Part shown: in pieces, positions 1 to 9,634 of the stretch
Layout: each line of letters opens with the position of its first letter
How positions within the stretch are numbered: position 1 is the stretch's first letter
Source: a virus
IMG/VR virus record: IMGVR_UViG_3300044634_004833
Location: 32,001-96,000 of that record
Length of the DNA: 64,000 nucleotides
Direction: 5' to 3' (one strand)
Notes under the pieces: generated by a model
Told to the model about the DNA's origin: nothing
What the model saw: the letters and a program-made list of their open reading frames with translations, nothing else
Database searches by the model: none
Program-made: the position numbers and the translations under genes

Positions 1-75
1 TCTATAATTTTGTTCCGTCGTTTAATTATTTTTCAAAAACAGAGTATAATACGAATAAACTGTTTGTTCGTAAAA

Positions 76-104
76 TTGCAAATACAGTAAAGTTATTCTA
101 TAAT
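76..104 (+). promoter_or_regulatory. sigma70-type promoter upstream of rpsU
   Basis: TTGCAA(76-81)-17 nt-TATAAT(99-104); further TATAAT boxes at 3 and 45. Confidence 0.6.
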
Positions 105-110
105 AAAAAT

Positions 111-190
111 GTAGGAAGTCCAACTTATTCAAAAGAAATAAGTTTTGATACAGAAAACTTTTGTCATTCAAAGCTTAATTACTTCCGTAC
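111..190 (+). ncRNA. putative structured 5' leader (three-way junction) of rpsU
   Basis: P1 GTAGGAAGT(111-119)/ACTTCCGTAC(181-190); P2 AACTTATT(122-129)/AATAAGTT(137-144); P3 146-155/159-166; 5' end coincides with the predicted TSS. Confidence 0.35.
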
Positions 191-219
191 AAAAAAGGTT
201 TTTTTCTTGAGGAGTCCTA

Positions 220-507
220 GTGATGCGTAAAGCAAATGTCAGAGTTGAGGCCAGAGATCTTCCTTTTAATGCTTCTCGTGAAGAAAGAGAAAGAAATTTT
301 AAAGGTTTAATGAGTACTTTCAGACAAGCATGTAATAAGGCTGGTATTATGAAGCAAATCAAGAAGAAGGAATACTATGAATCTCCTTCTATACTTGCAA
401 GAAGAAAGAAGAGAGAAAAGGAAGCGACTATTCTTAAGTTGAAGCTGAAAGAGTTATTTCCAGAAGCTGGCAATCCTCCAAAAAGCAAAAATAGAAATAG
501 GGATTAA
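220..507 (+). CDS. rpsU: ribosomal protein bS21 (phage-encoded, extended)
   Basis: FRQACNKAGIMKQIKKKEYYESPS..RRKK matches the bS21 pattern; SD GAGGAG. Confidence 0.85.
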   Translation: MMRKANVRVEARDLPFNASREERERNFKGLMSTFRQACNKAGIMKQIKKKEYYESPSILARRKKREKEATILKLKLKELFPEAGNPPKSKNRNRD

Positions 508-508
508 A

Positions 509-778
509 ATGCCTTCAAATAAAAAATCTAAAACATTTAATGTTTATTTAGAGCAAGAGTATCAAGGCATACTAAAAGAATATGCAAAAGCATCCGGCAT
601 ATCAGTTAGTCAATTATTGAGAAATTTAATTAATAAGTATTTAAAAGTTGAATCGGGAACCAAAAAGGTAGTTCTTAATATACCTAAAGAGGTGGCTGTT
701 GATTCAGAGGAGCTTGATAAGTGGCTTACAACCAAAAAGAATGCTTTGGTAAACTATTTCAAGGGCATTTCCCCTTAG
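509..778 (+). CDS. ribbon-helix-helix (CopG-like) DNA-binding protein
   Basis: TFNVYL..LKEYAKASGISVSQLLRNLINKYL RHH pattern. Confidence 0.6.
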   Translation: MPSNKKSKTFNVYLEQEYQGILKEYAKASGISVSQLLRNLINKYLKVESGTKKVVLNIPKEVAVDSEELDKWLTTKKNALVNYFKGISP

Positions 779-1260
779 TTATAGTTTCATCTGAAAAAAT
801 ACCCAAAGCAGAAGATATTATTTCTTTTCGTGAAAACGAGATAGATTTTTATATAAAAACGGCTGTTAACATGCAGATACTTTGTTCTGTAAAAAACGGG
901 TATGGATTGTCTGCTGTTCAATGTGGAATTCCATTAAAATTGTTTGTTACAAATGATGGCACAAATCAATTTAGAACTTTTATAGATTGTGATTATGTTG
1001 GAAATGGAGAAAAGGCAGAATCTTTAGAAGGTTGCTTGAGTTTGAGATTAGGAAGCGGGTCAATTAGAAGGTTTATTGTCCCTAGATACAAAGATATTCG
1101 TGTGTCAGGATATGAAATTTTTATTAATTCAATCGATAAAAAATTTGCCAAGATAGAAGACAATTTTTCTGGAATCCCTGCCATAGTGTTGCAACATGAG
1201 ATAGATCATAATAATGGAATTTTAATAAGTGATATAGGTAAAGAAGTAGAGGTTTTTTGA
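721..1260 (+). CDS. def: peptide deformylase (start uncertain)
   Basis: motifs GYGLSAVQCG, EGCLS and QHEIDHNNG. Confidence 0.9.
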   Translation: MAYNQKECFGKLFQGHFPLVIVSSEKIPKAEDIISFRENEIDFYIKTAVNMQILCSVKNGYGLSAVQCGIPLKLFVTNDGTNQFRTFIDCDYVGNGEKAESLEGCLSLRLGSGSIRRFIVPRYKDIRVSGYEIFINSIDKKFAKIEDNFSGIPAIVLQHEIDHNNGILISDIGKEVEVF

Positions 1261-1517
1261 TGCCATTATCCAAATTGCAAGTAATAAATGTATGTCAACC
1301 CAAAGGTGAGGTTGTTTGCAGATATCTTTCTGAAGACGAGTTTGATCCAAACATTTATTTTTGTTTAAAGAAGACAAGCCGCAAGTCTGTGATTGACGAA
1401 ATGGTTGAAAAAAGCACAAAAGGTAAAAAAGATACATCTGATATGCCTGTTGGAGATAATTGCAAGGGATATCCTTTGCTAAGGCATGTTGAAGTTGGAT
1501 ATGATAAAAAAAATTGA
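1257..1517 (+). CDS. small Cys-containing hypothetical protein
   Basis: ORF coupled to the def stop; four spaced Cys. Confidence 0.6.
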   Translation: MMPLSKLQVINVCQPKGEVVCRYLSEDEFDPNIYFCLKKTSRKSVIDEMVEKSTKGKKDTSDMPVGDNCKGYPLLRHVEVGYDKKN

Positions 1518-1554
1518 AAAAAAATGATGTTTTGCTCTGGCAACCCAAGAAGAT

Positions 1555-2043
1555 ATGAGCTACAATCTTGAACTACAATCTTCGACTACTGGCAGGAGGC
1601 CTTGGATGTCAAAACTTTTCTTTCGTAATGGCGATTTTTCAAGCGCTTTTGATCTAGTAGAAGATAACGACTCAATAAATATCTCCGAAGTAGAGATAGA
1701 CATAACCAAGCCAGAGTACATTCAAGGAATGTACTCTAAAGTCTTTGGGCAAGATGAAAAAATTACTCCTAAAGAGTTGCAAATCATAAGCACTTTTAGT
1801 ATTGAAAAAAGTTTCGAGCGGGCCGTAACTTTATGTCACAAGATGATATCTGCATATGACCCCATGCAAGATGAAGATGTTGTTCACGATTCCGAAGAGG
1901 ATGATGCAGAATACACTCCCGATTCTTGTGATGTTTCAACAAAAATTATTATAGAATCTCATAATACTCTTATAGAGAATAAGGTCCCTCATGTTTATAA
2001 AGCGGGAATGTTGTTGATATCAGTATTAAAAAGAAAGAGATGA
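1555..2043 (+). CDS. hypothetical protein (acidic)
   Basis: 162-aa ORF in the operon. Confidence 0.6.
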   Translation: MSYNLELQSSTTGRRPWMSKLFFRNGDFSSAFDLVEDNDSINISEVEIDITKPEYIQGMYSKVFGQDEKITPKELQIISTFSIEKSFERAVTLCHKMISAYDPMQDEDVVHDSEEDDAEYTPDSCDVSTKIIIESHNTLIENKVPHVYKAGMLLISVLKRKR

Positions 2044-2044
2044 T

Positions 2045-2368
2045 ATGCCGAGTTATTTTGAGAAAAACGTTGCGTTTATAAATCAAAATTACGAAAGATT
2101 TCAAATACCTAAAGAGTTTTCATTTCTAAAAAAGTATTTTAGAACCAAGCCTCAGAAAGCGTTTTTGCGATATTATTTTATTATGAGAGATGGGCGTTAT
2201 TTTTCAAGACACACAGGACATGCAGCGCATGATTCATTTGTAAGCAAGATGAAATCAAAATTTAATTACTTTATGAATATGTATGAAAAAGCCAAAGTTG
2301 ATATGGATTTTGAAACAATTGCTAAATTAAATTCTAGAGAAATTATTCTTATTAAGAGGCTAAGGTGA
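2045..2368 (+). CDS. hypothetical protein
   Basis: tightly packed ORF. Confidence 0.6.
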   Translation: MPSYFEKNVAFINQNYERFQIPKEFSFLKKYFRTKPQKAFLRYYFIMRDGRYFSRHTGHAAHDSFVSKMKSKFNYFMNMYEKAKVDMDFETIAKLNSREIILIKRLR

Positions 2369-2739
2369 ATAAGAAATTTTATCAAATAAAAAAACTAGAA
2401 GGCATAACTTCTGTTTATTTTACAATTAAGAGTCAAGATACAAACCAAAATAGAAAATTTGAAATAAATGCAGATGATTTTTTATGTTTAAATAATGTTT
2501 TAATAGATTATACAATTAATAAATATATTTTTTACGCAAAAGAAATTGAATTAGTAAAAATAGAAAAATATGTTTTAGAACTTTCGTTAAAAGATGAGCC
2601 AAATAATTTTAGAAAAATAATTCCCATACCAATAAGAAGCTTTTTTAAAAATGGGTATGATGATTTTTACAACAACCTTATTGAACAAAATCCAAATTGC
2701 AAGGTAGAAGTATTTCAATTCTATAAACATGGAAAATGA
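2365..2739 (+). CDS. hypothetical protein
   Basis: GTGA overlap with the upstream stop. Confidence 0.55.
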   Translation: MNKKFYQIKKLEGITSVYFTIKSQDTNQNRKFEINADDFLCLNNVLIDYTINKYIFYAKEIELVKIEKYVLELSLKDEPNNFRKIIPIPIRSFFKNGYDDFYNNLIEQNPNCKVEVFQFYKHGK

Positions 2740-3115
2740 TATTTTTTTAATGTCTGTGGCAATTTTAAACGCATGGCGCACCGGCCATGTAACCAAAAAC
2801 TATAGTGCTGTTATTGCTAGCAAAGAATTCGAACTGCTGAAAACTATAGTTGTTCCCCAAAATAAATTTATAACAGAAGGTGCTTTGGCATTAAGTCTTT
2901 TTGGACACAATCTTAAATATTGTGATTCAAATATTTATATTAATTTTATACCAAATGCAAACATTGCAAGTTGTGCAAAGATGAAAGAAGTTGGCAGACT
3001 AGTTTATTATGGGGACCGTAATACAAAGGATTTAGAGGACTATTCTGATTTTTGTATTAATTTCGATTATAATTTTGGATCTATAATAGATTTATTAGCC
3101 ACCATAGATAAATAA
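2729..3115 (+). CDS. hypothetical protein, possibly a degenerate dCMP/cytidine deaminase fold
   Basis: SAVI..TEGAL..IYINFIP..SCAK..VGRLVY resembles the deaminase layout but lacks HAE and CxxC. Confidence 0.3.
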   Translation: MENDIFLMSVAILNAWRTGHVTKNYSAVIASKEFELLKTIVVPQNKFITEGALALSLFGHNLKYCDSNIYINFIPNANIASCAKMKEVGRLVYYGDRNTKDLEDYSDFCINFDYNFGSIIDLLATIDK

Positions 3116-3119
3116 TTTT

Positions 3120-3836
3120 ATGATTAATTATAATAAAAATATAGAATATGGGTGTGATGGAATACCAAACCTATGTCCAGATTTTACAATCAAGAGGCAT
3201 GATACAAGGCCTGTATTTAAGGTTGATATTACCGACTGTGACCTACCTGTTGATTTAACAGGGTTGGTTATTGAGGCAAGCATGTGGTTGAATACAAAAT
3301 TAAAAGCAGCTATAACAACATCCTCTTTGGCCATACAATTCGCAGATAACATAGGATTTGAACAAATAAATGAAAACACAATAATACAAATTGGCGATAA
3401 TAGAAAATTTGAAAGAATGTTAATTGATTATATAGATGAAGATTCTAAAACTATATATGTATTCAGGGGTCAGCTAGACACAAATAGTTATAGTTTTGCA
3501 AAAGGATCTAAAGTAAAATTATTAAGATTTATTAATGCTCCTGCTCAAGCCGAGCTGGAGTACCAAGATATTGAAAACCTTGATGGTACAATATCAAAAA
3601 ATACTTTGGTAAGAAGCACACTAATTTATGAATGGCAGCCAGATGATACTTGCTTTTGGGGTAAATACTTTTTAGAATTTAAAGTGATGGAAGTTCAATC
3701 AATAAAAACTCCTGTTGTATCAAACATACCTAATTACCATTGTAGCTTAGGTGCTGGTGTTGTCTGGGCTAGAAGATTTCCTTCTGATAGAGAAGGATTT
3801 TTAATTAACATATTTGATTCTCCAACAGCAGAATAG
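3120..3836 (+). CDS. BppU-like baseplate/structural protein
   Basis: FTIKRHDTRP..D..PVDLTGL and YEWQPDDT..GKYFLEFKV resemble BppU N-terminal domains; TAAATA 5 nt before the ATG. Confidence 0.55.
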   Translation: MINYNKNIEYGCDGIPNLCPDFTIKRHDTRPVFKVDITDCDLPVDLTGLVIEASMWLNTKLKAAITTSSLAIQFADNIGFEQINENTIIQIGDNRKFERMLIDYIDEDSKTIYVFRGQLDTNSYSFAKGSKVKLLRFINAPAQAELEYQDIENLDGTISKNTLVRSTLIYEWQPDDTCFWGKYFLEFKVMEVQSIKTPVVSNIPNYHCSLGAGVVWARRFPSDREGFLINIFDSPTAE

Positions 3837-3846
3837 GAAATTTTAG

Positions 3847-4416
3847 ATGCATTTTGAAAAGAATAAGTATTTTATAAACAATAAAATTCGTGCCAATTTA
3901 GTTCGTGTTACTCATGAAAATAATCAATTAGGTGTTATGCCTATACAAGAAGCTTTGAATTATTCTTTTCAAAGAGGCTTGGATTTAATACTTATAAATT
4001 CACAAACAAATCCTCCTTTGTGCATTGTTGAAGAATTTGGTAAATTTAAGTATGAAAACAAAATAAAAGAAAAAGAAGTTAGAAAAAAGCAAAAAGAAGC
4101 TGTTGTTGTTATTAAAGAAGTAAGAATGACACCAACAATATCAGATCATGATTTACAAACCAAATTAAAGTCGGTTATTTCTTTTTTAGAATCTGGTAAA
4201 TCTGTTCAGGTACAAATACGATTTTCTCATAGAGAATTAAATCATAAAGAAATAGGTATACAAAAAATTGATATAATTATAGAGAGTACAAAAAATATTG
4301 CTTCAATTGAACAGAAGCCTTCTTTTTTTGGAAAATCATTAGTTTGCAAACTCGTGCCTCTGAGGAAAAAAAATGGAATCCAAAGAAACGACAATGTTAA
4401 ACAATCAAATACATGA
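3847..4416 (+). CDS. infC: translation initiation factor IF-3
   Basis: INNKIRA..VR, GLDLILI..PPLC..FGKFKYE, IKEVRMTPTISDHDL. Confidence 0.92.
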   Translation: MHFEKNKYFINNKIRANLVRVTHENNQLGVMPIQEALNYSFQRGLDLILINSQTNPPLCIVEEFGKFKYENKIKEKEVRKKQKEAVVVIKEVRMTPTISDHDLQTKLKSVISFLESGKSVQVQIRFSHRELNHKEIGIQKIDIIIESTKNIASIEQKPSFFGKSLVCKLVPLRKKNGIQRNDNVKQSNT

Positions 4417-5296
4417 GTCTATAACAGATCATAAAAAATATTTTGTAAAAATTTATAATAAAAATAAAATAAAAGTATTTTTAAACTTATTTAAAAAGAA
4501 CTGGCTTTCACAGAGCTTCCCAGATGTTCTATATTTTTTTGAATCCATAGATATGAAACATCCTGATTTGTCTTGCTTCATAGAATCTTTATTTTATGAA
4601 GATTTTATAGATAAAGCTAAATCTATAGATACAATTATAGATTTTTGTAATAAGAAAAAAATAAATAATATTAATATTGAAAGTACCTTGCCATCTGTTT
4701 TATTAAACAGTGTTAATAACAGATTGGCAACAAATTTAGGAAACCCAGAAACAACTTTAAATCATATAAGATTTTTATCTAGTTCAAAAAGATGGATTGC
4801 CAGATCATATAAAAAAAATCAGGTTGTGTATGCAAAAGAAAAGCATGTAAATAATTTGACAAATGAAGAAACTCTTGAATATTTTGGCCACAACTCAATG
4901 AAGATAGAAGAATATTATCAAGAATTATTGCAAAAGTATGATAATTTTAAAAAAATAAATTGCAATAACATGGCCAAAGAGTTGTCTAATTATATTGAAA
5001 AGGTAAAAGAAAATTTAAATCAAAAAAAATATGGTTTTTATAGAGTTCCAATTAGCAAAATAATCAATATTATCGCAGCACAAAAATCTTTTGATGTTGT
5101 CGAAATCATACCAGTAAAAGATTTAAATTATTTAAAAAATAGAAACTGCCCTGATTTTATTAAGATTTGTGAAAACTTCTTTGGCAAAAATCATGGTATA
5201 TTTGATCATTATGCAGAAATAAAGTTTGGTGGTATAAGCACATCTTATTTAATTGGCGAAATTGATTCCAGATCATATTTTATAGGAGCTATTTAA
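4373..5296 (+). CDS. hypothetical protein
   Basis: 307-aa ORF, no recognised motif. Confidence 0.6.
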   Translation: MESKETTMLNNQIHESITDHKKYFVKIYNKNKIKVFLNLFKKNWLSQSFPDVLYFFESIDMKHPDLSCFIESLFYEDFIDKAKSIDTIIDFCNKKKINNINIESTLPSVLLNSVNNRLATNLGNPETTLNHIRFLSSSKRWIARSYKKNQVVYAKEKHVNNLTNEETLEYFGHNSMKIEEYYQELLQKYDNFKKINCNNMAKELSNYIEKVKENLNQKKYGFYRVPISKIINIIAAQKSFDVVEIIPVKDLNYLKNRNCPDFIKICENFFGKNHGIFDHYAEIKFGGISTSYLIGEIDSRSYFIGAI

Positions 5297-5715
5297 TGGC
5301 TGCAGAAAACATAGGCATTAACATTCATTATTCAGAGCTTAGAAAATTTTTAATAGATCTTTATAAAGAGGCCATTAATTCTTATGCAGATTTGGCAGAA
5401 TCGATTGTTGATCAGAAAATACAACTTCTCATTGAAAAAAAGCATTTGTCTAATGCTTCCTCGGTTAAATTTAGCGTTTTAGATGACAATGGTGAAAAGG
5501 CGCAAAAGCATCAAGCTGCTGGTGTATCTAGTTCGTGGGCATCAGTTAATAGTTCTATTTCTAGTTTTGGAAGCTATGCATTGCCATCTTATAATGGATA
5601 TTTACAAAGTTTAACAGGAACTGTAGAAATTAGTGGCAATTCTTCTTCTAATTTTCCATATGTTGTATCTGGGGATACTATAATGTTTTCAGGAGGCTCT
5701 AATCCAGCCAATTAA
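5296..5715 (+). CDS. hypothetical protein
   Basis: TAATG coupling, SD AGGAG. Confidence 0.6.
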   Translation: MAAENIGINIHYSELRKFLIDLYKEAINSYADLAESIVDQKIQLLIEKKHLSNASSVKFSVLDDNGEKAQKHQAAGVSSSWASVNSSISSFGSYALPSYNGYLQSLTGTVEISGNSSSNFPYVVSGDTIMFSGGSNPAN

Positions 5716-5729
5716 CCTTAGAGGTAAAA

Positions 5730-6104
5730 ATGAGTTCTACAAAGAAAACGTGTGATAGTAAGGGTTGTAAGTCTGAAGCACCTTGTGGAGCATATACTGC
5801 TCCAAAGGAAGTTCAATCAGTAAAGGGATGTGTGCCAGTAGCATCTCAGGTTTTGCTTGAGTTGTTGACATCTCAAGAAATTATGAACACCAGACTCCAT
5901 CTTAACAATAACAAGCCAGCAGGCGAATATCAGGCTTTCGTTTTGGCGACTGGGCCAAAGTTTGATGGTGATGCATGGGGCTTCAAGACGGGAGACAGAG
6001 TTTTAGTTTCTGGTTCTGGCGTTCCTGTTCCAAACTATGATTACGGCGAACGAGATCGTGTTTTGATGGAACCACATTCTATTAAGGGCGTGTTGCTGTC
6101 TTGA
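5730..6104 (+). CDS. groES: co-chaperonin GroES-like protein
   Basis: PVASQVLLE..AFVLATGP..FKTGDRVL..IKGVL Cpn10 pattern. Confidence 0.7.
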   Translation: MSSTKKTCDSKGCKSEAPCGAYTAPKEVQSVKGCVPVASQVLLELLTSQEIMNTRLHLNNNKPAGEYQAFVLATGPKFDGDAWGFKTGDRVLVSGSGVPVPNYDYGERDRVLMEPHSIKGVLLS

Positions 6105-7054
6105 ATTATTATGAGATTCTTGGCCTTGACCGCAGTTGCAGCCAAGAAGAAATAGAAAAAAATTACAGGAAGAAAGCTCTTGAGCATCATCCGGATAGAA
6201 ATCCGGGTGATGCTTCTGCACATCAAAAGTTTTTAGAAGTTCAAGAAGCTTATGATGTTTTAAAAGATAAGTCCAAAAAAATAAATTACGATAATAATTT
6301 AAATGGATTTAATGACCAGCCTATTGGCAACATGTTTGAGCAAGAAAATTTAGATATTAAAATTTCTATTACGTTTACAATTTCTGATACTATTTTTGGA
6401 AAACAAAAAAGCTTAAAGTTATCTAGAGCCAATCCATGTGATGTTTGTAGCGGAAAAGGCTACAAAACTTTTGATTTTTGCAAGCAGTGTAATGGTTCTG
6501 GTTCTGTTGTTACAATGCCCAATCCATTTTTTAATTTTAGAACTTTATGTGGCAAATGTGTAGGCAAAGGAAGAATACCAAAAGATAGTTGCAATTCTTG
6601 TTTAGGACAAAGATACAAGCAAATGCCAGAAGAAGAAATTTCTTATACCATTCCTAAAGGATTGATGGACGGCATGGGCCTGTGTTTAAAAGGCATGGGA
6701 AATTTTGGTGTTTCTGGTCATGTAGGAAATTTGTTCTTAGATTGCAGAATAGAACATGATAATAATTATAAAGTTGATAATTTGAATTTGATATCTACAA
6801 AAAAGATTAAATATAGCACTTTGGTTTTCGGAGGCAAAATAGAAGTACCAACTCCAGATGGAGATATTATAGTTGTTGATATACCAGCAAGCACAGAGTG
6901 TTTAACAAAGTTTACTGTTAAAAATAAAGGATTATATGATATTAAAGATACGAAAAAAAGAGGAGATCTCATAGTTTCAACAGTTGTTGCTTTGCCGAGC
7001 AAAGTAGAAAATGCAGAAGCATTAAAAACTATTTTAGAATTGCATGGAATTTAA
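6101..7054 (+). CDS. dnaJ: DnaJ chaperone
   Basis: J-domain with HPD, four CxxCxG zinc-finger repeats, C-terminal domain. Confidence 0.93.
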   Translation: MNYYEILGLDRSCSQEEIEKNYRKKALEHHPDRNPGDASAHQKFLEVQEAYDVLKDKSKKINYDNNLNGFNDQPIGNMFEQENLDIKISITFTISDTIFGKQKSLKLSRANPCDVCSGKGYKTFDFCKQCNGSGSVVTMPNPFFNFRTLCGKCVGKGRIPKDSCNSCLGQRYKQMPEEEISYTIPKGLMDGMGLCLKGMGNFGVSGHVGNLFLDCRIEHDNNYKVDNLNLISTKKIKYSTLVFGGKIEVPTPDGDIIVVDIPASTECLTKFTVKNKGLYDIKDTKKRGDLIVSTVVALPSKVENAEALKTILELHGI

Positions 7055-7524
7055 AAGGCAACGCCAGGACCTGGCGTATTTTTTATTTTATATTGATTTT
7101 TCAAAGCATCATCCCCTGTAAATCTAGATTTGCAGGATGATACTCTAGATGTATTTAAAGTTTTATCTTTTGGATTTCTATCAAAAGTTATTTCAATTTC
7201 TGTTAAATTTGGAATAAAAGGTTTATCTCCAGAAATTCTTTCATATTGATCTCTTGTTAAATATATTCTTGTTTTTTCTTTATCATCTAATATAACTGTT
7301 ATTGGATTTCTTTTAAAAAATAAATATTTTACTTTGGCTGTTTTTTTTATTTGCGGAACATTCATTCCATTATTTGCCATCATATCAAGACTGGGCAAAA
7401 AAGCACTGTGACCAGAAAGCGATTTGGTTTCATCTCCTTCGCTTCCTGTTTGGTCTGATGTCAGCAAGGAACCGGCACCAACAAATTCCATGAATTCCTT
7501 AAATTTAATTTCAATTTTTTCCAT
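7051..7524 (-). CDS. hypothetical protein with N-terminal KFKEFME motif (putative virion protein)
   Basis: 157-aa ORF; motif shared with other late-type genes. Confidence 0.6.
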   Translation of the reverse strand: MEKIEIKFKEFMEFVGAGSLLTSDQTGSEGDETKSLSGHSAFLPSLDMMANNGMNVPQIKKTAKVKYLFFKRNPITVILDDKEKTRIYLTRDQYERISGDKPFIPNLTEIEITFDRNPKDKTLNTSRVSSCKSRFTGDDALKNQYKIKNTPGPGVAF

Positions 7525-7538
7525 ACTATAATATATGT

Positions 7539-7802
7539 ATGATAGAAGTTAAATCTATAAAGCCATTTTTAATTAATATCGATGAAAATCAAGAAATTAT
7601 TTATTTCATTCCAGAAACAAATACGTTGATTGGTTGCAAATTTACAAAGCAACAAGAGAAAGAAATTTTAGAAAAAATCCTTGCCGATATGCCTCCAGAA
7701 ACACCTGTAGTTCTAGATGAATCAATTTTAGAAGAGGCCATGTCAATAAAGGAAGATGCTCAGAAAAGACTAGATAAAATTAAGGAATTGTATGTCAACT
7801 GA
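7539..7802 (+). CDS. hypothetical protein
   Basis: ORF divergent from the 7524 gene. Confidence 0.55.
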   Translation: MIEVKSIKPFLINIDENQEIIYFIPETNTLIGCKFTKQQEKEILEKILADMPPETPVVLDESILEEAMSIKEDAQKRLDKIKELYVN

Positions 7803-8244
7803 AAACTTAAACTTCAAAGTATTTAATATTTCTTCTGCTTTAAATGGATTATCAGAAAGAGATAAAAAGTTAAGAGCAACTAATCCAACTACTTTGTTAT
7901 ATTTGGAAGATGTGTACAGATTAATTGAAATTAAAACAAGTAACATTGAATTGCAAAATGTTTTGAAAGAAGAAGCTAAAAAAATTCCATACAAAGCTCT
8001 TCCTAAATTTGTTTCAAGGCTTGATCATTTGGTTGGACTACGCCTGCGCCAAATGAATGTAGAAAAATATACTTCTGATAATTTAAACCCAGTAAAAGCT
8101 AATGAAGAAGCACCTATCACTTCCGAAGATCTGGTTTCAATCCAAGATAACTTGTATAATTCAATGAATCATAATGGAGATGAAGATGCTAAGCAGTCTG
8201 TGGAACAACCTGTTCAGGAAGAAACAAACAATAATTCCGAATAA
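7792..8244 (+). CDS. hypothetical protein
   Basis: 150-aa ORF, SD AAGGA. Confidence 0.6.
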   Translation: MSTENLNFKVFNISSALNGLSERDKKLRATNPTTLLYLEDVYRLIEIKTSNIELQNVLKEEAKKIPYKALPKFVSRLDHLVGLRLRQMNVEKYTSDNLNPVKANEEAPITSEDLVSIQDNLYNSMNHNGDEDAKQSVEQPVQEETNNNSE

Positions 8245-8683
8245 TTCATTAGAAATAAAATTAGTAGCAGATGTTCCAGAGATTTTGCCCACTAGACAAA
8301 CAAAAGGTGCTGCTGGATACGATATCAGGGCTAGAATAAAAGGTGGAAACTTTCCACTCTTGCCCTATATGCCAACAATTATTAGTTGTGGCTTTAAAAT
8401 AGAGCTTCCTGATGGCTATCATGCCAAAATATGTCAAAGAAGCTCTATGGGCAAAAAAGGAGTTATAATTCCTAACTCTCCTGGAATTGTAGATTCAGAT
8501 TATCGTGGTTATGTTTCTGTAATATTATTAAACTTAAATTCTGAAGTTGTTCAAATTAAAAATGGAGAAAGAATAGCACAAATGCTTATTGAAAAAAATA
8601 TAGATGCTAGTTGGATTTTGGTTGAAAGCTTGAACGAAACCCAGAGAGGTGCTGGCGGATTTGGCAGCACTAAGGAGATTTAG
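8174..8683 (+). CDS. dut: dUTPase (trimeric)
   Basis: AAGYDI, RSS, GIVDSDYRG, GERIAQ, RGAGGFGST motifs. Confidence 0.95.
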   Translation: MEMKMLSSLWNNLFRKKQTIIPNNSLEIKLVADVPEILPTRQTKGAAGYDIRARIKGGNFPLLPYMPTIISCGFKIELPDGYHAKICQRSSMGKKGVIIPNSPGIVDSDYRGYVSVILLNLNSEVVQIKNGERIAQMLIEKNIDASWILVESLNETQRGAGGFGSTKEI

Positions 8684-8684
8684 A

Positions 8685-8897
8685 ATGAAAATTTATTTAT
8701 GCATTACAGTTGGTCAAGAAATAAATGGCAAAAATGCCGTTGTTAAAGTTGATAAAGCATCTTTGAAAAAAGAAGATATTGATCAATATGTTTCAAAATC
8801 TCAAACAACATGGGTTGAAAAAATAGAAGTTCCCGGCGGAAAAGTTGATTTCTTCTGTGAAAGACACATACAAGAAGTTGAGGTTGAAAATGAATAA
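8685..8897 (+). CDS. hypothetical protein
   Basis: SD AAGGAG then ATG at 8685 (track start 8649). Confidence 0.6.
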   Translation: MKIYLCITVGQEINGKNAVVKVDKASLKKEDIDQYVSKSQTTWVEKIEVPGGKVDFFCERHIQEVEVENE

Positions 8898-9624
8898 TAA
8901 ATATATGCATAACCCGTTGGAAGGAAATAAACCCGAACTTGTTATAGATTTAGAGAAAAGTGTCGGAGTTCCAGTAAGCATAATTATTATACATAAAGAT
9001 AGACCAGAATATTTAAATATTTTGCTACAAAGCATTGTTGTTTGTTCACAAAATTCTAGTTATGAAATTATTGTTGTAGATAATGGATCAGCAAGAGAAA
9101 CACAAGATTTCCTAACAGATATACAAAAAGAAGTTAAAGTTATTAGGAATTTAAAAAATCAATACTGGTCCGCTGCAGCCAATCATGGCACAAGAGCGGC
9201 AGATCCTAGGTCTAAATATTTTATTTTCCTTCATTCTGATGTTGTGATATTAAATCCATCATGGATAGATTTATTAATTTCTGTTGCAGAATCGAATAAT
9301 TCTGGAATGGTTGGGATTGAAACAGCATCTTATGTTGTTGGAAATCAAAAAGTAGATTTTATAAGCGAATGGTGCATGCTTATAAGTCGTGACGCTTTTG
9401 AAAAAATAGGACCTTGGCCCGAAATTCTTCCACTGGTTGGCAATTCATTCATTATGACAGTAAAAGCTCAAATTGAAAAAATAAAACCACAAGTAATGAA
9501 AAATATTATTGCACATCACTATAAGATATTTGGCGTAAATAGCAATGAATATGAAGAAATCACAGAAAAAGCCACTGCGATGATTCCTAAAATTTATCAA
9601 CAAGTTCAAGCAACGGAGTTATAG
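8890..9624 (+). CDS. GT2-family glycosyltransferase
   Basis: VSIIII..YEIIVVDNGS..AANHG..FLHSD. Confidence 0.85.
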   Translation: MNNKYMHNPLEGNKPELVIDLEKSVGVPVSIIIIHKDRPEYLNILLQSIVVCSQNSSYEIIVVDNGSARETQDFLTDIQKEVKVIRNLKNQYWSAAANHGTRAADPRSKYFIFLHSDVVILNPSWIDLLISVAESNNSGMVGIETASYVVGNQKVDFISEWCMLISRDAFEKIGPWPEILPLVGNSFIMTVKAQIEKIKPQVMKNIIAHHYKIFGVNSNEYEEITEKATAMIPKIYQQVQATEL

Positions 9625-9634
9625 ATAGATTACC

